This document shows positions 32,923 to 41,732 of a DNA stretch of 64,000 nucleotides, in pieces. The position numbers and the translations under genes are program-made. The stretch is from Spirochaetia bacterium (GTDB lineage Bacteria > Spirochaetota > Spirochaetia > DSM-16054 > Sediminispirochaetaceae), in the NCBI GenBank assembly GCA_034520965.1, contig JAXHMY010000009.1:1-64000 (forward strand), read 5' to 3'. A model generated the notes under the pieces. That model was not told the origin of the DNA. It saw only the letters and a program-made list of their open reading frames with translations, and did not search any database. Numbering within the stretch: position 1 is the first letter of the stretch; each line of letters begins with the position of its first letter.

Positions 32923-33311
32923 TCATTCTCGACACCGATGTGTGCATAGAAATTCTAAGGGGCAGCGAGAAAGTCTTGGAAAAGCGGGCATTATACAAGG
33001 GAGAAGCCGCTGTATCGTTTCTCACTGTCGGCGAGCTCTACTATGGCGCGCGTAAATCTTCTCGGGTCAAATCCAACACTCATCTAGTAGAGGAGTTTCT
33101 CGGCACTATTGATGTCATACAGTCCTCGGATTCAATAATGGAACGGTTCGGCATCTTAAAGGCCGAATTAAGCACCCGGCACCAACTCCTGCCCGATGCA
33201 GACATCATCATCGCCGCATGTGCGTTTGAATATGGAGGAAAGCTTGCAAGCGGCAATACCCGGCATTTCGAACGGTTTTCCAGCCTGAGGCTATTTAACT
33301 GGATGCAATAG
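32919..33311 (+). CDS. vapC: VapC PIN toxin
   Basis: ILDTD, GELYYG, DADIIIAA, SGNTRHF. Confidence 0.9.
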   Translation: MIILDTDVCIEILRGSEKVLEKRALYKGEAAVSFLTVGELYYGARKSSRVKSNTHLVEEFLGTIDVIQSSDSIMERFGILKAELSTRHQLLPDADIIIAACAFEYGGKLASGNTRHFERFSSLRLFNWMQ

Positions 33312-33498
33312 GTTGCAATCTCTAATGGGTGTACACTGAATTAATGGACAGTAGCTGAAGGGCACGCGTGTACATATCTACCATGATGAGTCGTCTATAG
33401 GTAAAAAAACAGGCATTCCGTAGCAAGATAGATTTGTGATATTCACATATTATGTGATACACTTAATATGTGTAATGAGAATTAAAGGAGGTATTTTT

Positions 33499-33732
33499 AT
33501 GGCAAACATCACCATGACCCTCGATGACGAACTTATTAAAAAGGTGAAAAAGATCGCGGTCGAAAAAAATACAACCCTTACCGGTTTGGTACGGAACTAC
33601 CTCAAACAAACAGCCCGGAGAGAGGAGCAGCGTACGGAAGAGATAGTGGCCGAGCTTTACAGGATTATGAATGATAACTCCTTTCATATCGGCTCCGCTA
33701 CATGGACAAGAGAAGAGCTGCATGAGCGCTAA
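33499..33732 (+). CDS. DUF6364-like RHH antitoxin
   Basis: NITMTLDDELIKKVK..TLTGLVRNYL..WTREELHER; palindrome TCACATATTATGTGA upstream. Confidence 0.8.
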   Translation: MANITMTLDDELIKKVKKIAVEKNTTLTGLVRNYLKQTARREEQRTEEIVAELYRIMNDNSFHIGSATWTREELHER

Positions 33733-34144
33733 ATATTTTCTTGACACCAATATTCTCGTCTATGCCCATGACGCGGCAGATCCCGAGAAACAACAGCGCG
33801 CGCAAAACCTCATTTTCGAAGGTATGCGTGAAACTACCGGGGTCATATCGGCACAGGTACTAAATGAATTCTTTGTAACGGCCACAAAAAAAATTGAGCA
33901 GCCCCTTTCAATTCCCTACATCCGGCACATTCTCCTACTGCTCTCGCATTTAGAAGTGGTGGATTTAGACTACGACATGGTTATTCGGGCGGTAGGCATT
34001 CAGCAGGAGTATCGCATAAACCACTGGGATGCAATGATTCTTTCCGCCGCCGAACGAGCCGAATGCGGCATCCTCTATTCCGAAGCCCTTTCACACCGGC
34101 AGAAATATTGCGGAATTGAGTGCATCAATCCATTCATTGACTGA
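33722..34144 (+). CDS. PIN-domain toxin
   Basis: FLDTNILVYA, QVLNEF, WDAMILSAA; LYSEA in place of the usual LYSED. Confidence 0.88.
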   Translation: MSAKYFLDTNILVYAHDAADPEKQQRAQNLIFEGMRETTGVISAQVLNEFFVTATKKIEQPLSIPYIRHILLLLSHLEVVDLDYDMVIRAVGIQQEYRINHWDAMILSAAERAECGILYSEALSHRQKYCGIECINPFID

Positions 34145-34162
34145 TGCACATGATAGATCCGG

Positions 34163-34280
34163 TCCTCGGCTAAGGAAGTCGTAGATGCCCACATTCGCCG
34201 TATCGAGAAGGTCAACTCCGCCCTCAATGCCGTGGTGATCCCGCTTTTCGAGCAGGTTCGCAGGGACGCTTATGGAGTAA
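34163..34280 (+). pseudogene. Amidase N-terminal fragment
   Basis: SSAKEVVDAHIRRIEKVNSALNAVVIPLFEQ. Confidence 0.6.
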
Positions 34281-34503
34281 ATGCAGTGCTACCGGGAGCG
34301 TGAGCGGGCGGAAGGGCGCCGGAGGCGGTGCGGCGCGGGACGCGCCGCACGGAACCCCTGGAGCACGCGACCCCGGGCCGAAGGCGCGGGGGCACGCCCG
34401 GTACCCGTCAGTTCCTTTGTCCAATGGGAAAAAGATGGAAAAAGAGTTACGACTTTTTTGCTGAGTGCATACTTTTCTCTTTTGTGGTAATATAATTACA
34501 GAT

Positions 34504-34701
34504 ATGAGTAGGAGAGTTAACCGTAGCACAACAACACTCAAAAGAAAGTCCACCGAACGGGAAGATTCTTTTGTGCCGGGCACGCCGGCCGAACGTGTCT
34601 CCTGGGTGTGGGAACTGACTGCAGAGGCGTGGTCGCTGGAAGGTTCGGAATATGTTGAACGAAGACTACCAAGAGATGTTACACATCTTGTTAGAAAATG
34701 A
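34504..34701 (+). CDS. Small partner protein of the nucleotidyltransferase
   Basis: TPAERVSWVWELT..RLPRDV; overlaps the downstream gene. Confidence 0.6.
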   Translation: MSRRVNRSTTTLKRKSTEREDSFVPGTPAERVSWVWELTAEAWSLEGSEYVERRLPRDVTHLVRK

Positions 34702-35110
34702 GGTCAAATTTCTTATAGTAAACGCGTATGCATTGTCCGCTTACGGGTACCCACGAGCTACCGGGGATATTGATATTTGGGTCGAAGCTACGCCGGAAAA
34801 TTCTCGCAAGCTCTACAGAACACTTAAAACTTTTGGTGCTCCATTACACGATATCAATCCTGAGACCTTCGAGAACCCCAATCTCATTTTCCAAATCGGA
34901 GTTGCTCCGAGGCGTATCGACATCATTACCGGTATTGATGGAGTAGATTTCGAAAAAGCCTACAACAAAAAAAAACTCGTCAAAATAGATTCCGAAACAT
35001 TACCTTTTATTTCCATGGAAGACCTAATTCGAAACAAACGCTCAACCGGACGCGAGCGGGATCGTATAGACGCCGACTTTCTTGACGATTTGCAGAATCC
35101 TGCACAATGA
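34652..35110 (+). CDS. Minimal nucleotidyltransferase (DUF6036-like)
   Basis: FLIV(N)AYAL..GYPRATGDIDIWV..DLIRNK..GRERD..D; usual GG motif altered. Confidence 0.8.
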   Translation: MLNEDYQEMLHILLENEVKFLIVNAYALSAYGYPRATGDIDIWVEATPENSRKLYRTLKTFGAPLHDINPETFENPNLIFQIGVAPRRIDIITGIDGVDFEKAYNKKKLVKIDSETLPFISMEDLIRNKRSTGRERDRIDADFLDDLQNPAQ

Positions 35111-35269
35111 AGTGCCGCCGCCTACCAAGAGGAGTCCGGGGTAATGCTTCCCCTCCTGTTAGTAGTTTTCTTAGTAACTAAATGACAGCCAGCATTTGTC
35201 TCAAATAATCATGTTCCTACTAAGAGTACAGATGAAAGTAAATAAGTTGGTATTATCTATTTTCATAGC

Positions 35270-35409
35270 AGGGCTGGGTGGTGCTCGACCAAATTCGAAC
35301 CGTTGACAAAGAAAGGCTTTTCAGGAAGCTGGGTAAGCTGGGGACGAGCGAGATCGACCACATAAAAACGGTTCTCCAGGAGATGCTGGTTGATTAAACA
35401 TTTCTCTGT
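35270..35409 (+). repeat. Near-identical copy of the mazF 3' end (30826-30965)
   Basis: AGGGCTGGGTGGTGCTCGACCAAATTCG...GCTGGTTGATTAAACATTT occurs twice. Confidence 0.9.
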
Positions 35410-35732
35410 ATTTTTGGCACTTACCCCTCAAAGTCCCTTTTAGCGCGGTTGACAGCTCAAATTGGTTCTGGGACCATGCACTGCACTCATCGGTTCAGCG
35501 GGCCGGCTCGTCGAGGTCGTTGGCGTAGATAGCGCTGTTGGTATCCTGGTCTTCGATTTTTTCCTCGAAGCCGACGGGCAGCTCGATGGAGACCCGTGTC
35601 GCCCAGCTGAAAAAATGAATGTATTTTGTCGCTTCCATTTCGTTCTTACCTATGAAACTTCACATATGGACCTCTAATTTTAATGGGAGTATAGCACGGA
35701 CAGGGGTTTTTGTCTTTCTATTGCAGCAATTC

Positions 35733-35767
35733 GCAATTTGAAAATTTTCCAAAAATTTTCAAATTGC
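35733..35767. repeat. Palindrome AATTTGAAAATTTT-N3-AAAATTTTCAAATT, copy 1
   Basis: GCAATTTGAAAATTTTCCAAAAATTTTCAAATTGC. Confidence 0.75.
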
Positions 35768-35820
35768 TGTTGCCGTGAGGCTATGCTGGAAAATTTGGCT
35801 TGTTTGTTTTATTATAGGAT

Positions 35821-35955
35821 ATGCCTGTTCTCAGCCGGTTTTATGGGATTGTAATTTTCATGAACTTTCGTGACCATGAACCGCCCCACTTCGTGCGGGA
35901 TTGGGAAAAGGCCAGAGCAAAGAAGAGCCTGGATAGTATCGATCCTCTTGTCTGA
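35821..35955 (+). pseudogene. DUF4160-family protein with an in-frame internal deletion (44 aa)
   Basis: MPVLSRFYGIVIFMNFRDHEPPHF joined directly to VRDWEKAR..IDPL. Confidence 0.75.
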
Positions 35956-35967
35956 GGAGGTGAGGAA

Positions 35968-36225
35968 ATGATGTTGCATGTGGATAGTCTCGAATTAAGC
36001 GGTAGCTACAAAATGAGTATATGGTTTAACAACGGTGAAACTGTAGAAGTGGATTTGGAAAACGAACTGGAGGGAGAAATCTTTGAACCGCTCAAGGATT
36101 CGGAGTATTTCAAGAGAGTTTATCTAAATGAAGAAATCGGCACAGCCCAGTGGCCGAACGGTGCGGATTTTGCTCCTGAATTTCTTCTTGAGTTAGGGAG
36201 AAAACAGGCGAAGAGAAGTGCGTGA
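35968..36225 (+). CDS. DUF2442 protein (TA partner of DUF4160)
   Basis: FNNG..VDL..GEIFEPLKD..GTAQWPNGADFAPEFL. Confidence 0.85.
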   Translation: MMLHVDSLELSGSYKMSIWFNNGETVEVDLENELEGEIFEPLKDSEYFKRVYLNEEIGTAQWPNGADFAPEFLLELGRKQAKRSA

Positions 36226-36334
36226 ATCCCTGTCTGTCTTCCTCTTGGGTCATTTAGTCCGGTAGAAGTGCTATTTCCTTGATTTCCAGTAATCAGGTTC
36301 TTTGTGTAGATGCATGACCGCAAGAATGTATATT

Positions 36335-36649
36335 TTATGACGCTTTCGGATGAATCTTTTCATACTCATCATTATTCTTTTCCATAGCGACATCCAGGTC
36401 ATATAAAGACTGAAGATTAATCCAGTATTCAGCAGAAGTACCAAAATACCTGGATAATCTTATAGCAGTATCCGCGGTAATTTTTCTTGTACCTTTAATA
36501 ATTCTTGAGATTCTCATAGGATCAACTCCAATACTTTTTGATAACTCATATGCGGTTAATCCCATTGGATCAAGAAAATCTTCTTTAAGTACTTCTCCCG
36601 GAGTAGTTAGCTCAATCAACTCTTCACTATATTCTACATTCTCTTCCAT
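36335..36649 (-). CDS. higA: HigA antitoxin
   Basis: PGEVLKEDFL..ITADTAIRLSRYFGTSAEYWINLQ. Confidence 0.92.
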   Translation of the reverse strand: MEENVEYSEELIELTTPGEVLKEDFLDPMGLTAYELSKSIGVDPMRISRIIKGTRKITADTAIRLSRYFGTSAEYWINLQSLYDLDVAMEKNNDEYEKIHPKAS

Positions 36650-36660
36650 ATCTTACCTCC

Positions 36661-36942
36661 CTAATGATAATCACAAAACTCAACATCGTACGCATTTCCA
36701 TCATCCCATCGAAAGCATATGCGCCATTGATCATTTACCCGTATAGAATATTGGCCTTTTCTATCTCCTTTCAAAGCCTCCAGGTTATTTCCCGGAGGGA
36801 TTTTCAAATCATCAAGAACTATCGAACTTTCGATAGACCTCAACCCTTTAAGAGCTTTCTTTGCTGTTAAAGGATGCATTCCTTTTTTCATTTTCCTGTT
36901 AAATATTGCTTCGGTATTCTTATCAGCAAAACTCTTAATCAT
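36661..36942 (-). CDS. higB: HigB (RelE/ParE) toxin
   Basis: MIKSF..PPGNNLEALKGDRKGQYSIRVNDQWRICF. Confidence 0.92.
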   Translation of the reverse strand: MIKSFADKNTEAIFNRKMKKGMHPLTAKKALKGLRSIESSIVLDDLKIPPGNNLEALKGDRKGQYSIRVNDQWRICFRWDDGNAYDVEFCDYH

Positions 36943-37211
36943 AAATTATTATAGCGTGCCAGGCTATTAGCGTAAAGAGCTTGTATCATAACTTTTCCCC
37001 ATGGGCCTTAATAATGATGAAATATTTTCACCTTTATCGTAGCACTCCGCGGTAAGCTCTCGGTAAAATTCGCCCTGTTGTTTTCGAGTTCGTTATTCTG
37101 AGCGGTATAACCGCTACCCCTAATCCCAATTCAAAACTGAAATGAGGCCCTTCATTTAATCACACAGCTGCTGTCAATAGTTTTCGTACAGGAGCAGGCG
37201 GTTTTCCGGAA

Positions 37212-37350
37212 GGGTGTGGTAGAGAAAGGAGAACTGATTGTCGATTATCTCGGATATTCGGCTCCTGTTCTTACCGTCGGAGGAGGAGAGGTCGTTGATG
37301 ATCAGGAACTCCGCGTTCATCGCCGAAGTCCTTGAAGGACTCCGAGATTC
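37212..37350 (-). pseudogene. Fragment of a paralogous S41 peptidase gene
   Basis: GTGTGGTAGAGAAAGGAGAACTGATTGTCGATTATCTCGGATATTCGG nearly equals 39414-39461. Confidence 0.65.
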
Positions 37351-38558
37351 TCACCTCTTCACAAAACGCGGCAGCAGCAGTGCCATAGGAATAGTTCCCA
37401 TCGCGATAAAGACGCTTGCGATATAGGTCTTCTCGAGGCCTATCAGATCTCCCATGAGGCCGAGGAGGAAGACTGCTACCGAACCGCCCCCGAAGCTCAC
37501 CGCCATGTACATGCTGTTCATGAAGGTCGGCATAGGGGAGTCGGTCTCTTGTACCATTGCCAGGAGAACTGGTCCGGTGGAGAAGAGGAAAAGCCCTGTC
37601 AGGGCGAGAAAAGCCACATGGTGTGTGGCAAGGAAGAGCCCCATCGCCCCAATCGATCCGACCGAGGCGGTCAAGAGTGTTCGCGTCCTCCCGAAGCGGT
37701 CGGAGAGGGTCCCGGAGGCAAAGGTGCCTGCGACTCCGAAGAACTGAAGGATAGAGAGGGAAGCTCCGGCGAGCCAGAGTCCGGCGCCGCGTTCGGTGAG
37801 GTAGAGGGGGAGATAGAGGGTCAAGGCGCTCTTCATCACCGACTGGAAGAGGAGGAAGGCGCTCAGTACCACGAAGAATGGTGCATAGCGCTTCAGTATT
37901 GCACGGGTATCCCCCCTCTCCTTGGTACCGGAGACGTTTCGTTGTACGTCTAGGTCCCGCAGCTTGAACCAGAGCACCACCGATGCCGCAACTCCTATGG
38001 GGATGAGGCGAAAGATCCCCTCGAGGCTCCAAAGCGAGACGGCGGTGGTAACGAGAAGGGGGCCTAGGGTCCTGGCGAGCTCTCCGCCCACCATAAAGAG
38101 GCTCATCCCCGTACCCACCTTATCGCCGGAGGACTCGCGCACGAGTACGGGAGAGGGGACGTGAAAGAGGGCTGCAGAGACCCCTGCAACGAATATGAGC
38201 ACGAAGAGTACGGGAATGGTAGGTGCCACAATCCCGTCAGGCTCATGGCGGTGGAGGTAACCGCGGGGGTGAGGATGACCAGGAGCTTTATTCCCCGGTA
38301 CTCGGCGATCATGCCGAATATGGGATTGAAGAGGGTGGGAACCCTGCGGGTAATGTCGAGGAAGGCGCTGACCGAGAGGGACATGCCGAGTTTTGCCGTT
38401 AGAAGGGGGAGAAGCGGGGCGAGAAAGGAGCCAAAGGTGTCGTGAAGGAGGTGAGCCACCGAGAGGGTTATAACCTTCGAGCCGCTGAATCTTTCGGCCT
38501 CGCCCGTCGTGCCCTCCTCTTCGGGACTGTCTGTTTCCGCCATTTTCGTCTCAGCCAT
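37351..38558 (-). CDS. MFS transporter (Fsr-like), frameshift near 38230
   Basis: AHLLHDTF..LAPLLP, AALFH, GTLSDRFGR; about 12 TM across two frames. Confidence 0.85.
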
Positions 38559-38620
38559 GTAGCTTGCCCCTCCTCCAACCAGCTATCATAGCCGAGAGGA
38601 GGAGCTTGGGCAAGTACGCA

Positions 38621-40036
38621 TTATTTTTTTGCAGCGAACTCTGCCACGGGGTCCCGGCCTGCGGCAATGTCATCCACAGTGGGTTTGATTTTGTAATCCG
38701 GTTCTATCCCCCTTCCCGGGCTAAAGCCCTCTACCGCGGTGGTAAAAACCCGGGTGGAGTAGTAGACCCTCAGGCCGGTGTTCGGCAGGACGATTCTCCT
38801 CTTGCCGTCGCTGCAGGAGGCCGAACCGCCCGTCTCTTCTCCTATAAGAGTTGCAATGTCATGGTGCTTCAAGAGGGAAATGAAGTGTGCGGTGGTCGAA
38901 AATCCGCTGCCGCCCATCAGAACGTAGACCGTGCCGGCAAAGGCGTGCTCCTTTGGCTTTCGAAGTCTTTTGTAACCCCACATGTAGAAGGGCGCGTCGC
39001 TGTCGAAATACCGCACAGGCTCCGGGCTGAGATAGGACAAAAGGAGGGCCGCCGGCTTCGGGGTTCCTCCCCAGTTCCCCCTCAGGTCGATGACGAGCTT
39101 CTCTACGCGCTTCTCCTCGAGCTCGAGAAAGAAGTCTTCGAGAAAGGAGGCAAAATCTTTCTGTTCGAGTATAAAGGATCCTACCGAGAGGACCGCATAG
39201 TCGTCGAGCACCCTTGCAGCGTAGTCGGTCTTTATCTCCTCCATATTGAGGAGCACACCGATCGATACAATACCGGGCTTCTCCCCCCACAGCTCGGAGA
39301 AGCTCACACCCTGCAGCGTGGTGCTTCTGATTTCCGCCGGATCGTCATCCGGCTCATCTGATGTATTCGGCAGCCGATACTGTACGGCGAAGGTCTCACT
39401 CTCGTCTATGAGGGTGTGATAGAGAAAGGAGAACTGATTGTCGATTATCTTGGATATTCGGGTCGTGTTTTCCCCGTCGGAGGAGACCGAGCTGTAGATG
39501 GTCTCTATCATCTCGGGGGAGGATATGCCGTTGATGCTCAGAAGCTCCGCTCCGGGAGGAATACGCTTAGAGCCCTTCGACTCCACTACGTAGAGTCCCT
39601 GCTCCAGGACAGTGACCTCGAGGGGCAGGAGGGATACCTCCTGTTTTATGTAGCTCTCGTAAGCCCGTGAGAGGAGTACATTGGAGTGGCCGCATTTGAG
39701 GGCGGCTACTGCAGGGCTGAGCACGCGATAGAAATCGAGATCGCTCATTCCATCTTTGAGAAGGGCGTACTGGCGGTCGAAGATTTTATCGATATCCTCC
39801 TTGTCCGCAAAGAACATGGAATACTTCCTCTCTATCACCGATCGCAGGCGCCCGAAGTCCCCCTGCAGTTCTACGAGGGAGTAGGTTTTCTCGTTGGCCG
39901 CCGATGTTTTGTGGGTCTTTTCCGGCTTTTGTCCCCGGGCCTCGAGGAATCCCCCGCCGGCGGTGAGAAAGAGCACGAGGATCATCAGAATTACCGCTAC
40001 GGCGGATACAATAGGCAAAGTTATTTTGTTCTTCAC
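38621..40036 (-). CDS. S41-family peptidase
   Basis: CGHS, LVIDLRGNWGG, FSTT, IGEETGG, GRGIEPD. Confidence 0.88.
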   Translation of the reverse strand: MKNKITLPIVSAVAVILMILVLFLTAGGGFLEARGQKPEKTHKTSAANEKTYSLVELQGDFGRLRSVIERKYSMFFADKEDIDKIFDRQYALLKDGMSDLDFYRVLSPAVAALKCGHSNVLLSRAYESYIKQEVSLLPLEVTVLEQGLYVVESKGSKRIPPGAELLSINGISSPEMIETIYSSVSSDGENTTRISKIIDNQFSFLYHTLIDESETFAVQYRLPNTSDEPDDDPAEIRSTTLQGVSFSELWGEKPGIVSIGVLLNMEEIKTDYAARVLDDYAVLSVGSFILEQKDFASFLEDFFLELEEKRVEKLVIDLRGNWGGTPKPAALLLSYLSPEPVRYFDSDAPFYMWGYKRLRKPKEHAFAGTVYVLMGGSGFSTTAHFISLLKHHDIATLIGEETGGSASCSDGKRRIVLPNTGLRVYYSTRVFTTAVEGFSPGRGIEPDYKIKPTVDDIAAGRDPVAEFAAKK

Positions 40037-40051
40037 TTGTATTTCCTCCTT

Positions 40052-40690
40052 TTAGAATGCCACCGAGTAGCCGAGACGTCCCCAGAAGCCGTTGAGCTCG
40101 CCGCTTTCTGCCAAATCTGTGCGTATCGGTCCGGTGGCAAGATAGCCGCCGGCCAGGGTGAGCGCAGAGCGTTCGCCGAAGAAGAGCTTTGGCTCGATAC
40201 CGGCGGAGTAGACCGAGTGGTTCACCTGGTCGAGTATCTCCTCGGTCCAGCGCAGCTCCTCCCGGTACTCTCCGAGATAACGGTACTGCAGCATTCCGTT
40301 GCCGCTCTCGAGGGGAAAGCCGATTTCCCATCTCTTGCCGAGGGTGAGTTTCGGTTTGATAACGAGGGTGCCGTAGCCGGAGCTCATGTGGTACTCCCGC
40401 CCCTGGGCATCCTCATAGTCATTCGAAACCTCCGCCTGGGCGTAGGCGCGAAATCCGATCTCGAGGTTCTCTCCGAACTCCCGCATGATCTCCGCTCCGA
40501 GGCCTCCCATGTTGTCGCCGCCGCTCACCGAGCCGCCGAGGGTCAGAGAGGCATTCCAGCGATACTCCTCCTGCGCTGCAAGAGTTCCTGCGATGCTCAC
40601 CAGTACGATAAGCGCCATTACAATTTTTTGTTTCATTCTTCTTTCCTCCATTGTTGTGTTCTTGGCGCCAATATGCACGGAGGAGTTCAA
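40052..40690 (-). CDS. Exported beta-barrel-like protein
   Basis: Signal peptide, alternating beta pattern, C-terminal F. Confidence 0.6.
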   Translation of the reverse strand: MNSSVHIGAKNTTMEERRMKQKIVMALIVLVSIAGTLAAQEEYRWNASLTLGGSVSGGDNMGGLGAEIMREFGENLEIGFRAYAQAEVSNDYEDAQGREYHMSSGYGTLVIKPKLTLGKRWEIGFPLESGNGMLQYRYLGEYREELRWTEEILDQVNHSVYSAGIEPKLFFGERSALTLAGGYLATGPIRTDLAESGELNGFWGRLGYSVAF

Positions 40691-40760
40691 GCGAACAATC
40701 GGACATGAGTATGATTTGGTCGTTTCATATGAAAGTATGAGAGCCTGTCGCGAGTTTTTG

Positions 40761-41684
40761 CTACTGCCGGTAGCCGCTCACCATCCTCAGAAGATGGACC
40801 CGGCTGGTTGCCCCTGTTTTTTGGAAGATGTTGTAGATGTGGGTTCGAACCGTGGTGAGGGAGACGTACATTTTATCGGCGATCTGCTGATTGCTGAGGC
40901 CGAGGCTGATGAGCTCGACCACCTCGGCTTCCCGCTTGGTGATCTTGTAGGCGGAGATGAATGCCTCGCTGACCTTGCCCTCGTTGATCAAAGCAGTGGG
41001 ATTGGAGAGATAGCGCAGAAAGACGGTGATGACAATGAGGCTCCAGAGGGAGAAGTAGATGTAGTCGAGGGAGATATGCAGCCTTTCTATGGCGGGAAAC
41101 CGGTAGGAGATAATGTAGAAGAGGGTGGAGGAGGGGGCGAAGATGAGAGTGAGTATACCGACGCGCTTCAAGAGAATGGCCATGAGCTCGTGCGCTTCGA
41201 GAGCTGCGGCGCGGTAGAGCATCCAGCCGAGAAAGAGCAGGTAGAGCGATATAAGTGCGACTGCGGGTGCGCGGAAGGAGGCGGCTGCCTCCGGAGAGGC
41301 GAGGAGCAGCACGAGTACACGGCCGGCCTGAACCGCAAGGACGAAGGCCGTCATGAGCAGGGCGGCTAACTTAGGCACTCCGGGGGCTCGCAGCATAAGC
41401 AGAAAGAGCCCCCCGTAGAGGGCAAAAGCAATTGAAATGCCAAGGCCGTACCGTAATGGGGCATAGCCGAGAACCGACTCCGAGCTCGAGAGAAAGTAGT
41501 ACTGCACCATGGTCAGGAAGACCGAGGCGAGAAGGCAGCTCATCGCCCAGAGCATCGGCCCGCTTATCGCGTGGCGTATTCGGGAGTGGAGCATGGCCAT
41601 GGAGGCCACGCCGGCGACACCGAAGGAGAGATGTGCAATGTACATAAAGAGAATGAAGTGGTTCACGGGTGGAAATAGTATCAC
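40761..41684 (-). CDS. Membrane-anchored LuxR-family regulator
   Basis: Multi-TM N-terminus; ITKREAEV..GLSNQQIA..TVRTHIYNIFQK. Confidence 0.88.
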   Translation of the reverse strand: MILFPPVNHFILFMYIAHLSFGVAGVASMAMLHSRIRHAISGPMLWAMSCLLASVFLTMVQYYFLSSSESVLGYAPLRYGLGISIAFALYGGLFLLMLRAPGVPKLAALLMTAFVLAVQAGRVLVLLLASPEAAASFRAPAVALISLYLLFLGWMLYRAAALEAHELMAILLKRVGILTLIFAPSSTLFYIISYRFPAIERLHISLDYIYFSLWSLIVITVFLRYLSNPTALINEGKVSEAFISAYKITKREAEVVELISLGLSNQQIADKMYVSLTTVRTHIYNIFQKTGATSRVHLLRMVSGYRQ

Positions 41685-41732
41685 GGCACATTATACCTCC
41701 ACAAGGAGAAAATTCCGGTATATACTCATAAC

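Noticed and set aside
30010..36942. Canonical integron/CALIN for the TA array
   Set aside because: No intI, mixed orientations, and no canonical attC after each module; only two short hairpin repeats
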